A stretch of DNA of 64,000 nt. Source: Octopus vulgaris (taxonomy: Eukaryota). This document shows positions 1 to 13,795 of the stretch, piece by piece. Within the stretch, counting starts at the first letter, position 1, and every line of letters starts with the position of its first letter. Location of the stretch: positions 53,258,001 to 53,322,000 of the forward strand of contig OX597829.1 in NCBI GenBank assembly GCA_951406725.2, read 5' to 3'. Below the pieces are notes generated by a model, which was given only the letters and a program-made list of their open reading frames with translations, was not told where the DNA came from and made no database searches. The translations under genes and the position numbers were made by a program.

Positions 1-1380
1 TTGGGATTATTTCCCTTACATTGGTGTTAGATGATACGAACGATGCCGCGGTATGATTGTGACCTCTGAAGAGTCGCAAATTGACAGCTGAAGGGGATTT
101 GACCTGGAATAGATTTCCAGAGGGATTACGTTGTAGAGGAGGAAAGATTGGTGTTTTGTGATTAATAAGGGGTATAAGGATGGACACAGTATAAGTGCAC
201 CTGAGCACTGTATACAATAATTTCATTATTAAATGACCAGAAGAGATGACGAAGTGGGGATTTCTAGAGTTGTGGGTGACGTGATCCCAATAGGGTCCAA
301 TGCGCAGAGCCCATTGCAGCCCCAGCGGGAGGAGAGCGTGTCGAACCTCTTTAATTCAATAACCTTCGGGACAATCGTTGCCAGAAAATTACGCCTTTTT
401 TCTTTTTCTCTTTTTTTTTTTAAATCCAAGACTGTAATAATATCTCTACTCTTTTTTTAATATTTTAGAATTTTCGGAAAACTTTTGTGAATTCGTGTTC
501 TACGCACGGGAAATCATACGACTATGAATAAAAAAATTTTAATTAATTTTTCGATTTTTTTTTTTTAATTACAGTTTAAAATACGGACAATCCTAATATT
601 TTGGCTTAAATTCCAACAGTAGACCAAGATATCGAAAAGATTAATACGCCAGAGTGACAAGCAGATGAGGAGTGTATGAACTGGTAGTAAGATGTGCTAA
701 AAATAACAGCTATATAACCCTTAAAATACGCAAGATTTTTTTTTTTTTTTTTTGCGTAGTCGTGTGAATCACAGGCAGAATTGGACAACATCCAGAAGGA
801 ATAAAAACACGGTTTAATGTTTGAAATTAGCAAGACTCGGCTGGTGGTTCCATTATAAACAAAAGCAACTCCGGCGCCTGACAGATCAATCCTGAACAAC
901 ACCAACAAGGAATCTCCAGCCTAAACCATCCTCATCTATTCAGGTGTAGTTCGCCCCTAAAACATTCAATGTTTTCTTTTCTTTCTTTCTTTCTTTCTTT
1001 CTTTCTATATATATTGATTTATTTATTTGTTTATTTATTTTTAAAGATAGCATTATTATTTGCTTGGAATTTAGCTTATATTTCTAGCGTGTCGAGCAAC
1101 TACGCGTGACACTCTCATTTGGCTGCCGTCTTGTGTGGGCGGTAATTAGTTTTATAAATGAGATCTTGCCGTCCTTTGGTCACAATTAACACAATAAATA
1201 GATAATGAGACGGTATAATTAGGAGCAGAGGAGTTCAAATTGTGGTGGAGAGATTTTTGTCTCGACGCTAAACAATTATAGATTTCATTGTTAAATTCGT
1301 TGATGTCTGAGTAAATGGATACCGAACACGGTTTACTCGGCGATCCTTGACGTAACATAAATATTGACAAGAAACCTTTA

Positions 1381-1572
1381 CACACATACATACATACATA
1401 CATACATACATACATACATACATACATACATACACACACACACATACATACATACATACATACATTCATACATACATACATTCATACATACATACATACA
1501 TACATACATACATACATACATACATACATACATACATACATACATACATACATAAATACATACATACATACA

Positions 1573-1604
<32 letters not shown>

Positions 1605-1678
1605 GACATACAGACATACATACATACATACATACATACATACATACATACATACATACATACATACATACATACATA
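1381..1678. repeat. (ATAC)n microsatellite
   Basis: Direct reading. Confidence 0.97.
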
Positions 1679-1699
1679 AGCCCCAAAACAGCTGGGCTC

Positions 1700-2480
1700 A
1701 CTTACTTCAGAGAAGACCTGGATGGAAAGCACTCAGCATACAAAAAAAGACTTTGCATGGGTATGTTGCCCAGAAGCTTGAAGAAGACAGTAAAATTGGC
1801 ACAAAGTGCACTCTCTCTTGGACACAAGACCACTACATCACATCACACTTTGAAGGCTATGCATTTGCAATCCAGGAACAGGAGATTGTCCCAAAGTAAC
1901 TGGTGGACAAGAGAGACAGTGACGCTCTTGAAATGAGTTTCCATGAGTGCTATGCATATGGCTTGATTGCATGCAGCAAGGTCTCTCAGGAAAAAGATTT
2001 TGTTTTGTTTTTTGTTGTAATGCAACAAGCCTCCAATATTTAATAAAAATATTGGTGTGACAACTGTGCTAGTGTTAGGGTAGGCCATCCCATATCTGTT
2101 AATTGTGGTGGTCTTGCGCAATAATTGGCAAGGTTCTGTGTTTGCACTTGATGTAGCCAGGTCAGTTCCTGCACGATCTTTTGCACCATGCACAAAAAGA
2201 GACTCTTGTTCAGGTGCTGCCTTGTGCATAACATCTGAAGAGTGCACTGCATCTGCATAATTACTCTTTGGAGACAATTGGTGCCTCTCCTCTGGGAAGT
2301 ATTTCTCCTTAAGATCCCTACAGTTTTGCTGGAGTCTTATGTGAGCAAACCAGCAGTTTCTACAATCTTCTCCATGCCAACATTTGCCTTGCAGGTAAAA
2401 TTTGCATGTTCTTGTCTTTACTCTGAATATTTTCTCTCATCTAGAGTTGGGGATTCCATTGAAGCCACCATATTTGAGTT
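1700..2480 (-). mobile_element. LINE 5' fragment (CCCH ORF1 + start of AP endonuclease)
   Basis: [22 protein letters not shown] (~2340-2410) followed by LLNIGGL..ICIALMETH. Confidence 0.6.
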
Positions 2481-2513
2481 GTATATATATATGGGGGGAG
2501 GGGTATGTGTGTG

Positions 2514-2715
<202 letters not shown>

Positions 2716-2771
2716 ATGGACTCTCCTGTCAGTTTCGACATATAGGCCTCTGACAACATACTCTTTCTTTG

Positions 2772-3150
2772 TCAGTCATAATGCTTATGTCGAATGTGAC
2801 ATTTAAGTCCTGCCAACGTTTTACAAAGGCCACAGATCCTGCAAGTATGAGGATCACAGGTCAGTGCAGGTGACATATTTGCAGCCGCCTTTCTCCTTTG
2901 TCTTGCACCCCCAAAGCCTGTTAATGCTGGTTGCAACAAAGTTCCTAATACCATTTTCACACAATGATCTCCATTTTGTTTGTTCCAAGGCTGTTCACTC
3001 AAAGGTGTTGTGAGCAATCTTCAGTTCTCTTCAGCTTGTCCTTATATCTGAGCCATGGTTGACCAACATTCCTGTTCTCCCTCACAAACTGGCTGTATAT
3101 GAGGACTTTGGGTATTCTTTCGTCCCTCATTCTGATGACATAACCTTGAA
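2772..3150 (-). mobile_element. RTE LINE 3' fragment
   Basis: GYVIRMRDERIPKVLIYSQ..GQPWLRYKDKLK and a terminal C2H2 finger. Confidence 0.8.
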
Positions 3151-3837
3151 ATATATATATTGTATGCAGGAGTGAGCTGCTATCCTCTCTAGCAGATGAG
3201 GTGTCTAGTATTGAGGAGTGGCAGAAATAGCCCAAAACCAGGACTGGTCTACTAGTCCCGTTGCTAGATGGTAGGGGTTCGCTTCCCTGCTCGCAATTTT
3301 TTCGGATGTAGGTGTGCATCATTAACCAGCTAGAGGAGATGTTCTCTCAGGGTTATAAAATCACAGTAGAGTCTGCTCAAATGGACAGCCATGTTAGAAT
3401 GGCTATGAATATTACTTGTCAGTACAACTACTGCATTAATCTCTTGGAGAGATTTTAGAACTAGCATTTTTGCTTATATATATATATATATATATATATG
3501 AAAAGTGTTTAGAATATATACAAATCAAAAGTTATAGTTAAAAAATAAAGGTAGAGACAGCACAAAAGTATATTAAAAGATTGCTTTACATTTGTTATGT
3601 TGAGTGACTTTTATAAAATATTCCTGGTTTCGATGTGTTTGTCCATCTTCAAAAAGAAACCAAAACCATGTTTGAGGAAAAATTACTTTCTGACTACAAA
3701 TCAATGCTCAACCAGGGTAGACCCAGAAAAAGCTACATGGACAATAATTCCCTTTGCTAAACATTTAAGGACAAACTTTATAAAATCTATTAGAAAGATT
3801 ATTAATAAAAACTTTAAAAACACTAGATACACAAAAA

Positions 3838-5380
3838 TCTATATATATAAAAGTGAAGTTGTGTGAGTGTCTGTCTCCTACGATTTAGATTCCTAACTAC
3901 TCCCACATTTTGCGGTGCAGTTTAACCAAATTCAGGTATCTTATAGTCGTGATTCATATCGAGCCCGTCTGGGTATTAGCGTGCGTCTACGATGAGTCTA
4001 CGATTTTAAAAATAATTTACCATAATTTTTTCCATTTTAACGCATATTTTTTTCCCTCCCTCGTGAAGCTGTGGGGAAGGGAGTGTAAGGAAATCAACGT
4101 CGTAAAGCGTTGTCAAGGAGACCAGCGTTCTTTTAGAACAACGACTTCATGGCTTGAAGACACCAAAACAGAAATGTCTAAGAAAGCCCGAAAGCAAATT
4201 CTACAAAGTCGGGAAACACGCCACACAGGGAAGGTTTCCCGTGCAAATAATTTGCACAACCGAATGTTATAGTTGTTGCACAACTTTTACTTAAAAAATA
4301 TTATCCAAACACAAATTTTTGAAGGCAATATTATATGGTGATGGTACTTGTGAAATATGGTAATGGATTTAGTAGCCAAAAGGAGAGAGCAGAGGCATAT
4401 TATGGTGGTGGTGGAGACGGTGGTAGTGGCAGCGGTGGTGGCGGTGGTGCTGGTAGTGGTGATGGTGGTCGTCGTGGTGGTCGTCGTGTTTGTGGTGGTG
4501 GTGTTGTTGTTGTTGTTGTTGTTGTTGGGGTGGGGGTGGTGATGATGGTGGTCGTGGTGGTCGTGGTGATGATGATGGTGGTGGTGATGGTCATGGCGTA
4601 GTGGTGGTGGTGGTGGTCATGGTGGTAGTGGTGATGGTGTTGGTGGTGGTGGTGGTGGTGGGTGGCTGAAGCTGTCGTCTGGGTTCTTCCAATTTTTTCG
4701 TGTGTCGGTGGCGGCGTTGGCGTTCATCCTCGCACCTGCACCTGTGTAGCTCCTCCCCTTTTTCCCTCCCTCGTGAAGCTGTGGGGAAGGCAGGGTAAGG
4801 AAATCAACGTCGTAAAGCGTTGTCAAGGAGACCAGCGTTCTTTTAGAACAACGACTTCATGGCTTGAAGACACCAAAACAGAAATGGCTAAAAAAGCTGA
4901 AACAGATCCACAAAAACGGCAAAAACCGCCACACAGGGCAGGTTTCCTGTGCAAACAATTTGCACAACCGAATGTTTTAGTTGTTGCACAAATCTTTATA
5001 TATAAAAGTGAAGTTGTGTGAGTGTCTGTCTCCAACGATTTAGATTCCTAACTACTCCCACATTTCGCGGTGCAGTTTAACCAAAACCGGGTATCTTATA
5101 GTCGTGATTCATATCGAGCCCTTCTGGGTATTAGCGCGCGTCTACGATGAGTCTACGATTTAAAAAAAAATTTACCATCATTTTTTCCATTTTAATACAT
5201 TTTTTCACTATTATATAAGGGAAGTAACTCTCTAAAAATGTCTACGGTGAGTCACCAATTAAAAAAAAAATTACCATCATTTTTTATTCCATTTTTAATG
5301 CATTTTTTTGCTATAACTCTAAAAATGCTTATATAGTTATTTCCCTTACAAACCCGAGCAACGCCGGGCGATACTGCTAG
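3838..5380 (+). mobile_element. Non-autonomous Helitron, composite with internal duplications
   Basis: A|TC 5' end, 3' hairpin cccgagcaacgccggg then CTAG|T, no TSD. Same family as 30425-30936. Confidence 0.85.
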
Positions 5381-6331
5381 TATTTAATAAAATACATATC
5401 AGATTAAGAATTGAAAGTTAAAAATTAGGGAAAAAGAAACAAACTTGGAAATTAAAAACAATTTGTTCTCATATTTGGGGCATAGTTAAAGAGTGTGTGA
5501 AATTCAATCTTAGTGGCTCTTCTTATATATGATAACCCTGTAGGGGTCTGGAATGGGGTTCAAGAGGTCAAGCTTCAGGAATTCTATTTAAGGGAAAAGA
5601 ATGCTTCTGAATAGAATAACAAGTTTTTATTCAGGATATGCTCAGGTGTGTGTGTGTGTGTTTTGGTGGGTGGGTGGGTGTATGCTGTTTCAGGGAAGGA
5701 AATATTTGAGTCAAAATACTTTTTTTTATTCAGAAAATGGCCAGCTGTGTGTATATATTGTGTTAAATGGATTTCAGCAAGGGTCAAGAATTTATTGAAT
5801 TAAAAGACAAATTTCTTTTCTATTGAGAACATTGTCAGCTGCATGTGCATATATTGTGTTAAGAGGATTTCAAAGATATTCCTTGAAAAAGTTTGAAAGG
5901 AATTTTCGTTTGTTGCGTATATATGTGCGTGTATGTGTGTGTGTAGCTGTGTGGTAAGAAGCTTGCTTCCCAACTACATAGTTCTTGGTTCAATCCCACT
6001 TGGGCAAGTGTATTCTACTATAAATGTCCGTCGTATATATGTATATATATATAGAGAGAGAGATGTGTGTGTGTGCATGTGTGTATATCTTTGTGTTCGT
6101 ATTTGTTCCCCTAACACCACTTGACATCCGTAATTTTGGCGTTCGGCAATACAGAATTTTGATCGAATGATTAGATATCAGACGAATTTCTTTCAGTTTC
6201 CTTTTCCCAGATTCACTCACAAGGGTTTGATTTTCTCGAGGCTATAGTTGGAGACACCTACCCAAGATACCCCGCAGTGGGACTGAACACAGAACCATGT
6301 GATTGGGAAGCAAACTGCTTTTTTTTTTGCT

Positions 6332-6386
<55 letters not shown>

Positions 6387-8198
6387 TTGTTAGTTTGCTC
6401 TTTTTAACAAAATTTAGTGTACTCAAATTTGGATTCAATGTTTGACAAGAACGGAGCACAAGCTGGAGAGAACGACAGCATAGCGCTGATGGACGACGAA
6501 ATGTGTTCGAAATCCCGATTCCTGAAGTCATACAAACTCTGTCACATTAAAGACTATGAAAAGATGGAAAAGAATTGGTGTTTTCTGTAATAAACGAAAA
6601 CCGTAATGAAGGGAGTTAACTCGAAGAGAAAACATATTCGTTAATACCTCTATAAAAAAAAAGAAAAGAAAAATAAGTGAATTATCTATCAAGAATTTTG
6701 GTCGACATTAACCAGCAATTATTTCCTTTCGACGTAAATTTGTCGACATTTCGCTTTTTGTGTCCGTTTTCTTCTCTCTATGCCCAAATTTTCTCTTTTC
6801 TGTTTATCCGAAAAATCAAGAAGACAGTTACCTCCCTTCCCATCCAGCTCCTTTTATAAATCCAGTCACTTCATACTTTTTACAGAAATGTCAAGTGTAG
6901 CTTTTCAAAATTGAATCCTTATCGTATAACTAATGATAATTTCGTAAAACTTCAGGAATATTACGATTAATTAGCAATCTTTTTAATCATGAAATATTTT
7001 GGTCCAAAAGGATTAAATTTACTACCCATGGTGAAATTTGAACTCAGAATACAAAGAGCCGGAACAAATACCATAACACATCGTTCTTACGACAACAATC
7101 ACTGCCTTGGATTAGTACATTTTTATCGACTCCAAAATTATGGAAGACAAAATTTGGAACGTTTTGGTTATCTACCTCCCCGCCTCCGTTAAAAAATTGG
7201 ATTATCTCCCCATCGAGTTTATAAGGCGACAAGAGATTGGATTAAAGTAGTTAAATCTTTGGCCTCCTGTTATAAAAATGTTATTAGATTCAATAAGATG
7301 TTTAATCTTTTCAGTTTTCCTGTTTATTAATTTTTTCTTCTTTTTTTTATTGAAGGTTAAACAATTTTTTAATTGGGGCGGGGGGATAACCAAAACTACC
7401 GATATTTTCATAAAGCGGGCGGAGTGGGGAGATAATCCAATATTTTAATGGGGTGAGATAACCAAAAAGTGCTCAAAATTTATGTCAATGGGATTTGAAT
7501 TTAACGACTCTGCAAATTCACCCCCTTGAATGAAGACAATGCAATTTTATTGGCACTTAATGACTGTGAGAGGAACATAACACGAAAATATATCTGCATT
7601 GAAATATGCATTTAATTGCAAAGAAATCTCAATTTTAAGGAGGTAAAGGGAGATAATTCAATACTTAGTTAAAGGAAGTTTGGTCCCTTGCCTGAATTGA
7701 ACCCTTTTTATTTAAAAGACAATGTGTAACTTGAGAAAATGTAATAACTTTATGATTTTAAGTAAAAATTTATTTTATGCAATTACGTGTGGAATCTTTC
7801 TGCAAACTTTCAAATCTTTTAATGTTGATTACAAAAATTACAGTAAACTTTCGAAAGCGCCAAACAAGGAGTCACCTTCACAAATTCTGTCTGAATCAAA
7901 GTCTTACATACTTGCACCAATGCATGCAAGAATCAGCTTAAATAACCGCACAAGGGCTTGCTGTTCTTCTTCATGATCTCTGAATATTGCCATCCTCCTC
8001 CTCATCATCGAATTACCCAAATACGGGCAACCTTGAACAACTGAAGTGCCATTATTCTGAATTTTCAATGATCTATATAGTTTCGCTTTTTTTTATATAC
8101 GTTTATAGTGTGAATAAAGTGTATAATAAATAAATAAATAAGAGACAAACAATATGATGAAAATTACTTTATTAGCTGCTAAGTACAAATTAAGTAAT

Positions 8199-8549
8199 TT
8201 ACTCTTTTACTTGTTTCAGTCATTTGACTGCGGCCATGCTGGAGCAATGCCTTTAGTCGAGCAAATCGACCCCGGGACTTATTCTTTGTAAGCCTAGTAC
8301 TTATTCTATCGGACGTAAACACACCAGCATCGGTTGTCAAGCAATGCTAGGGGGACAAACACACACATATATACATATATATACATATATACGACAGGCT
8401 TCTTTCAGTTTCCGTCTACCAAATCCACTCACAAGGCATTGGTCGGCCCAGGGCTATAGCAGAAGACACTTGCCCAAGATGCCACGCAGTGGGACTGAAC
8501 CCGGAACCATGTGGTTGGTAAGCAAGCTATTTACCACACAGCCACTCCT
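8199..8549 (-). mobile_element. tRNA-derived SINE family A
   Basis: A box tggctgtgtgg and B box ggttcagtcc; near-identical to 12270-12670 and 57060-57465. Confidence 0.85.
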
Positions 8550-9072
8550 TTGGTACTAAATTTTTAAAAGTTGCAGAAGCAGACCATAATTAAAACACAG
8601 TAACACGTTGCCAGCACTTTCTTTTAAACACTGATGATTTTCAAATATGTTTTTTGACTAGAGTTTCATTTTTCTGAATACCTCCATTTCAAGAATTTCC
8701 TGTGCACATGCACATGCTTGTGTTTGTGTGTGCGTGTGTGTGCACGCACGAGTGTTTGTGTGTGTACATAAATACACAAATATTAACCAAAGAGACAGTG
8801 AAGTTCCAAAATGCAGCCAAAGATGTTAATTATTTTTTATCTTTTTGGACTCTGGTCATGCTGCAGCACCTCTTTTGAAGGGTTTCATTCAAATAAATCA
8901 ATGCCAGTACTAGTGGTGTTTTTTGTTGTTTTTTAAGTTTAGTTCTCATCCAATCAGCACCTTTTACTGAACCACTAAGTTACAGGGATGTAAACAAACC
9001 AATACCATTTGTCAAGCATTGGTGTGGGCTAAACTCAAAGACACACATATACACATACATACATACATACAT

Positions 9073-9109
<37 letters not shown>

Positions 9110-9491
9110 TGCACATACATACACACACATACATACTTACATACATACATACATACACACACATGCACATACATACATACATACATACATACATACATAC
9201 ATACATACATACATTCATGCATACATGCATACATACATACATAACTTCTATCATACATAACTAGGGTTTTTCTAAGGGTATCTCTTCCTTGCCAATCCAT
9301 AATTTCCTGTCCTAAATGCACGTTTTTAACAGCTTACCTTACTATTGAAGTCTCCCATAATCAGTAAGATGTCAGTTGATTTCATTTCTTTTAGTGCAGA
9401 GTTGATTATTTGACAAAAACTCTTCCACTTTTTCACCAGATTATGCAGCAGTGGGTATATAGATGTATAAAATGGTTGTATTAAAAGACTG

Positions 9492-10306
9492 TGTCAATAT
9501 AAAGATCTTCACCCATGAACAAAAAAAAAATAAATAAATAAACCAGCCTGCTGGGTGTTAATGAGTATGTAGAAAATGAATATGAAAAAAAGTTTGCACT
9601 AACGACCCGGGGGCGGGGAGACTTTTGGAAAATTCACAAGATCCGATCTTTTCATCATAACTTTCGGTAAAATAGATATATATATTGATTTTTTTTTTTA
9701 TAGAATCCCACGTTTTTGGTTATAGAGGATTCAATTCTGAAAAAAAAATTTAAAAATCACATTTTCAAAATTTCAAATTTTTAATGAAAAACTCTGACCC
9801 AAATTTCCACAAACCCCTCCACCCACCCACATGGAGTTCGATGCTACTGCCCTCTTTTGAGTTTCTTGCTTAGATTTTTTTTTTTATTTTGAAAAATTGA
9901 AATTTTATATACAATTTTTTTTTTTGAGAATTGTAATCTTCGTATTTTTCTTCATATTTCGCAAAAAAATTTCCAGAAAAAGCGAAAATGAGTTGGGGGG
10001 GTTATAAGAGAGGGGTGAAATTTTGAAAATGCAACTTTTGAAATTTTTGTTTTCAGAATCGGTTCCTCCATACCCAAAAATGTGGGATTCCATAAAGAAA
10101 AAAAAATCAATATATAACCATTTTACCAAAAGTTATGATGGAAAAATCAGATCTTGTGAATTTTCCGAAAGTCCTCTCCCCATCCCTAGCCACCCCAGGA
10201 TCGTTAGCACAAAGTTTCTTTTTCATACTCGTTTGCTACATACTTGTTAACACCTAGCAGGATGGGGGTTTTTTTATTTCACAGGTGAAAAATCTTTATA
10301 TTGACC
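9492..10306. mobile_element. Long-TIR foldback MITE (~280-bp arms)
   Basis: 9493-9775 is the reverse complement of ~10017-10305; candidate TSD aaagactg/aaagactt. Confidence 0.75.
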
Positions 10307-10483
10307 AAAGACTTTGCTCTTATTTTCAACAACATGATTCTTTTATTTTCAGGCCTGCATCCTAGGAAAAAGTTTTCTTTATCTTTTTATGTTTCAAAAA
10401 AATCCTACTTCATGTCCATATTTTTTGTCTCCTGCATGTAGGATGTCATAATATTCTTTCTTGATGTAGCTATCTTTTACCCA

Positions 10484-10546
<63 letters not shown>

Positions 10547-11700
10547 GCCCATAATATTTGCTTTTAGGGCTCAACTTTCCTGGATTAATTGCATAGTTTT
10601 CCTTCCTGATTCAAAGTTCTGACATTCCATGCACCTATTCTAAGACTCTGTTTACAAGAATTTCTCAAAACAATATCCGCTCTGTTGGATTTAAGCCATC
10701 TTCATCATAACAACCATCCTTACTCTGTTGTCGAGGTGTCTCTTCCCTGTGATTTTGAATCAGATCATCCACAGGGGTCCCAGATTATCTTATATTACTG
10801 ATTGCTTCTATTTAGATCATCATTGGCATTTCTTTGGGATTGTGCATGAAAGAGTCCCAATTCCTTTCATGATGATTGACCTTCACGTCCATTGACCTAT
10901 TTGGCTCTTTTGCAATCTCCACCATTCCAAGTTTCATGTACTTAGGGACAGATATTCCTGGCCTCCATAAAAGCCCTTGTGTTCTCTCACATAATTTCAC
11001 TGGTCAGTCAAACCCGTGAACCAGGATGTGGCTTCTCCCATATATGGAGCCATATATCAATTAGATGCAGGAGTAACAACCAAACAAGATTCTAGTCAAC
11101 CCCTAAAAAGAAGTGACTGCCTCTCACCATAAGATGATATCCCACCCCTTTCATTTTGCACCCTTATAGATCTTTTCAATGATATCTACAACTCTGGACA
11201 CCTCCCTGAAGACAGCAAACAGAATGGTTTTGTTCTTAAGGATAAATTTTCCTCAGTACATCATAAACTATGCTAATGCACCAGAGATTATTTCGGAATT
11301 TAAATAACTTAAGGTAATTCTTTGTTTTTTAAGGAAGCTACACATTTGGTGAATTAAGAATCTTTTCTTGAAGACAGAACTCTTATGGAAATCATTTAAA
11401 ATATTTCTACATATTCCTGCTGGCTTTAATTCGTTTAGAAGCCATTTTCACAGATCTACTCTGCCAGAGTAAAATCTTTAGCTCATTAGCATTATCTCCA
11501 GTCAAATTTACCCCATACCAAGTTTGATATTATTGACCTTGTCATTCATAGAATGTGAACATTTACTTCTTTACTCATTGAGGCTGTTTCTCTAAATTAA
11601 TTTTGATAAACAGCATTCTGTATCTTACTTAATATGAATGTAACGTAGAAAGCCACAAAACTGCAGTATTTGTCTTGTGAAAGCTTTACATACAGAAGTA

Positions 11701-12267
11701 CACTTGCGTCGGAAATTAATTAGCACTTCTCAAATTTCTACATTTTCTTACATTTTCTTAATTTAATTAACTTATTATCAGAAACGAACTCGTTTTTAAT
11801 CAAAAATTTATTAAAACATATCCCAGCACACCACATAATTGTTATTAATCGTGAAATTTAGTCAATTTCTTGTTGCTCCTCCTTTGGCAGCAATGACAGC
11901 TGCTACGCGGGTCGGCATGCTGTCTATGAGTGCCTGCAGGTACTGTGCAGGGATGGCCCCTCATGCAGCAAGAAGTGCCCCAAACAGCTCGTGTCGGTTC
12001 CTGTATTGCTGCACATTCAAATCCCTACCCAATCGACTCCAGAGGTTCTCAATAGGGTTCAGGTCAGGTGACTGGCCAGCACGTACTCCTCGCCACCAAA
12101 GAGGTATCCCGTACTATCTCAACGTACTTTGCTGCGTTGATGTTGCCTTCGACGGCATAGAGCCGCCCAACACCACTGTAACTGAACGCCCCTCACACCA
12201 TCAGACCACTTCCACCATGCTTCATGGTGAGCAAATCAAGGGTGCTAATTAATTTCTGATGGTAGTG
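11701..12267 (-). mobile_element. Internally deleted Tc1-type transposon
   Basis: TA TSDs and ~26-bp TIRs (cac..gaaattaattagcac). The minus strand encodes SPDLNPIENLW and LIDSMPTRVAAVIAAKGG. Confidence 0.88.
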
Positions 12268-12269
12268 TA

Positions 12270-12670
12270 TACTCTTTTACTCTTTTACTTGTTTCAGTCA
12301 TTTGACTGTGGCCATGCTGGAGCACCGCCTTTAGTCGAGCAAATCGATCCCGGGTCTTATTCTTTGTAAGCCTAGTACTTATTCTATCGGTCTCTGTGAC
12401 GGGGACATAAACACACCAGCATCGGTTGTCAAGCAATGCTAGGGGGACAAACACAGACTCACAAACACACACACACACATACATATATATATATACATAT
12501 ATATATACGACAGGCTTCTTTCAGTTCCATCTACCAAATCCACTCACAAGGCATTGGTCAGCCCGGGGCTATAGCAGAAGACACTTGCCCAAGATGCCAC
12601 GCAGTGGGACTGAACCCGGAACCATGTGGTTGGTTAGCAAGCTACTTACCATACAGCCATTACTGCGCCT
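12270..12670 (-). mobile_element. tRNA-derived SINE family A
   Basis: Same head, body and internal CA/TA tract as 8199-8549. Confidence 0.85.
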
Positions 12671-13281
12671 ATAGTGCAGAAGAAGCACAGAAGAGTACCA
12701 GTAGCAAACAAAAAGCATTCAGAAGTGGTGGGGGAATTGCTAAATCTAGATTTCTGCTTCTCTGAGCATCATCAAGTAGCATGGATCCACTTAGTAACTC
12801 TTGTTTAGACAAATTTAGCTTCTATTGATAGAGAAAAACAGTGGTTAAACAAAACACTGGTGTTGCAATTAGCTGGCAGGCTGGGTAAAAATTCATTATT
12901 AGTGACAGAAGAAATATTGGTTCAGGATTGTGTTCTGTATATCTTACTTTGCATGGATATACTGTAGAAAACCAGAAAACTGCAGCATCCATCTTGAGAA
13001 AGCATCTCATGTAGACATATAGCGCTAAAAAGCACAGAAATATATCAGTAGCAGAAGAACAATGCCCAGTAGTGACAATGGAATTGCTAAATCTAGATTT
13101 TGATGTCTTTGAGCATCTGTACAAGATTCTTTCTCAAGACAAATATTGCAGTTTCATGGCTTTCTATAGTGTATCTGCATGAAGTAAAATATATTGAATG
13201 TTATTTTGAACTAAAACTGCTTCCATTGCTAATAACAAATTTTGATAAAATAATCAGAAATCAACAGTTTTGTAAATTCAA

Positions 13282-13287
13282 TTTATT
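13282..13287 (-). promoter_or_regulatory. Candidate polyadenylation signal AATAAA for SIRT2
   Basis: AATAAA on the minus strand ~230 nt after the stop. The AT-rich context makes a chance hit possible. Confidence 0.4.
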
Positions 13288-13518
13288 ATTCCTAGATATT
13301 GTATACAAAACGAAAAAGCTAAAAATAAATCATTGGGATAATTCTATGAGTATGATGTAATACGTTTTAAGTGATAAAAATATACCATACAAATATGTAA
13401 TCCAGATCTACTTAAAATAATAGAAAAGACTAGAGCTGTTGTTTATATAGCAAGTCAAGTGTAATCAAATTATTGGAGAATGTTTTTTCCATATTTGGCC
13501 AATTGATGTTTACAGCAA

Positions 13519-13602
13519 TTAATCTGTGGCTTCATGTTTGGCTGTGGTTTTGGACTCGTCCAGAATTTTCCATTCTTTTGTAATTATTCCTTTCAATTCT
13601 TT
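13519..13602 (-). CDS. SIRT2: SIRT2 last coding exon: KELKGIITKEWKILDESKTTAKHEATD*
   Basis: T-rich tract + tag acceptor. KEL..I..E matches human KELEDLVRRE. TAA at 13521-13519. Confidence 0.88.
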   Translation of the reverse strand, partial: KELKGIITKEWKILDESKTTAKHEATD

Positions 13603-13725
13603 CTACAGAAAAAAAAAGAAAGTAAAGAAAAGGCAAATAAATAATTTGTTAAAGTTTTCTTTATAAATTAGTTCAAGTTAATTTTAATATTTAGAACAAA
13701 AAAATGCCTCATAGCCACCCCCACA

Positions 13726-13795
<70 letters not shown>

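Noticed and set aside
229-955. Short ORFs in CpG-richer unique sequence at the window start
   Set aside because: No recognisable domain or consistent splice structure.
10560-11230. Possible decayed gypsy integrase fragment
   Set aside because: Only faint motif resemblance with many stops; cannot be supported.
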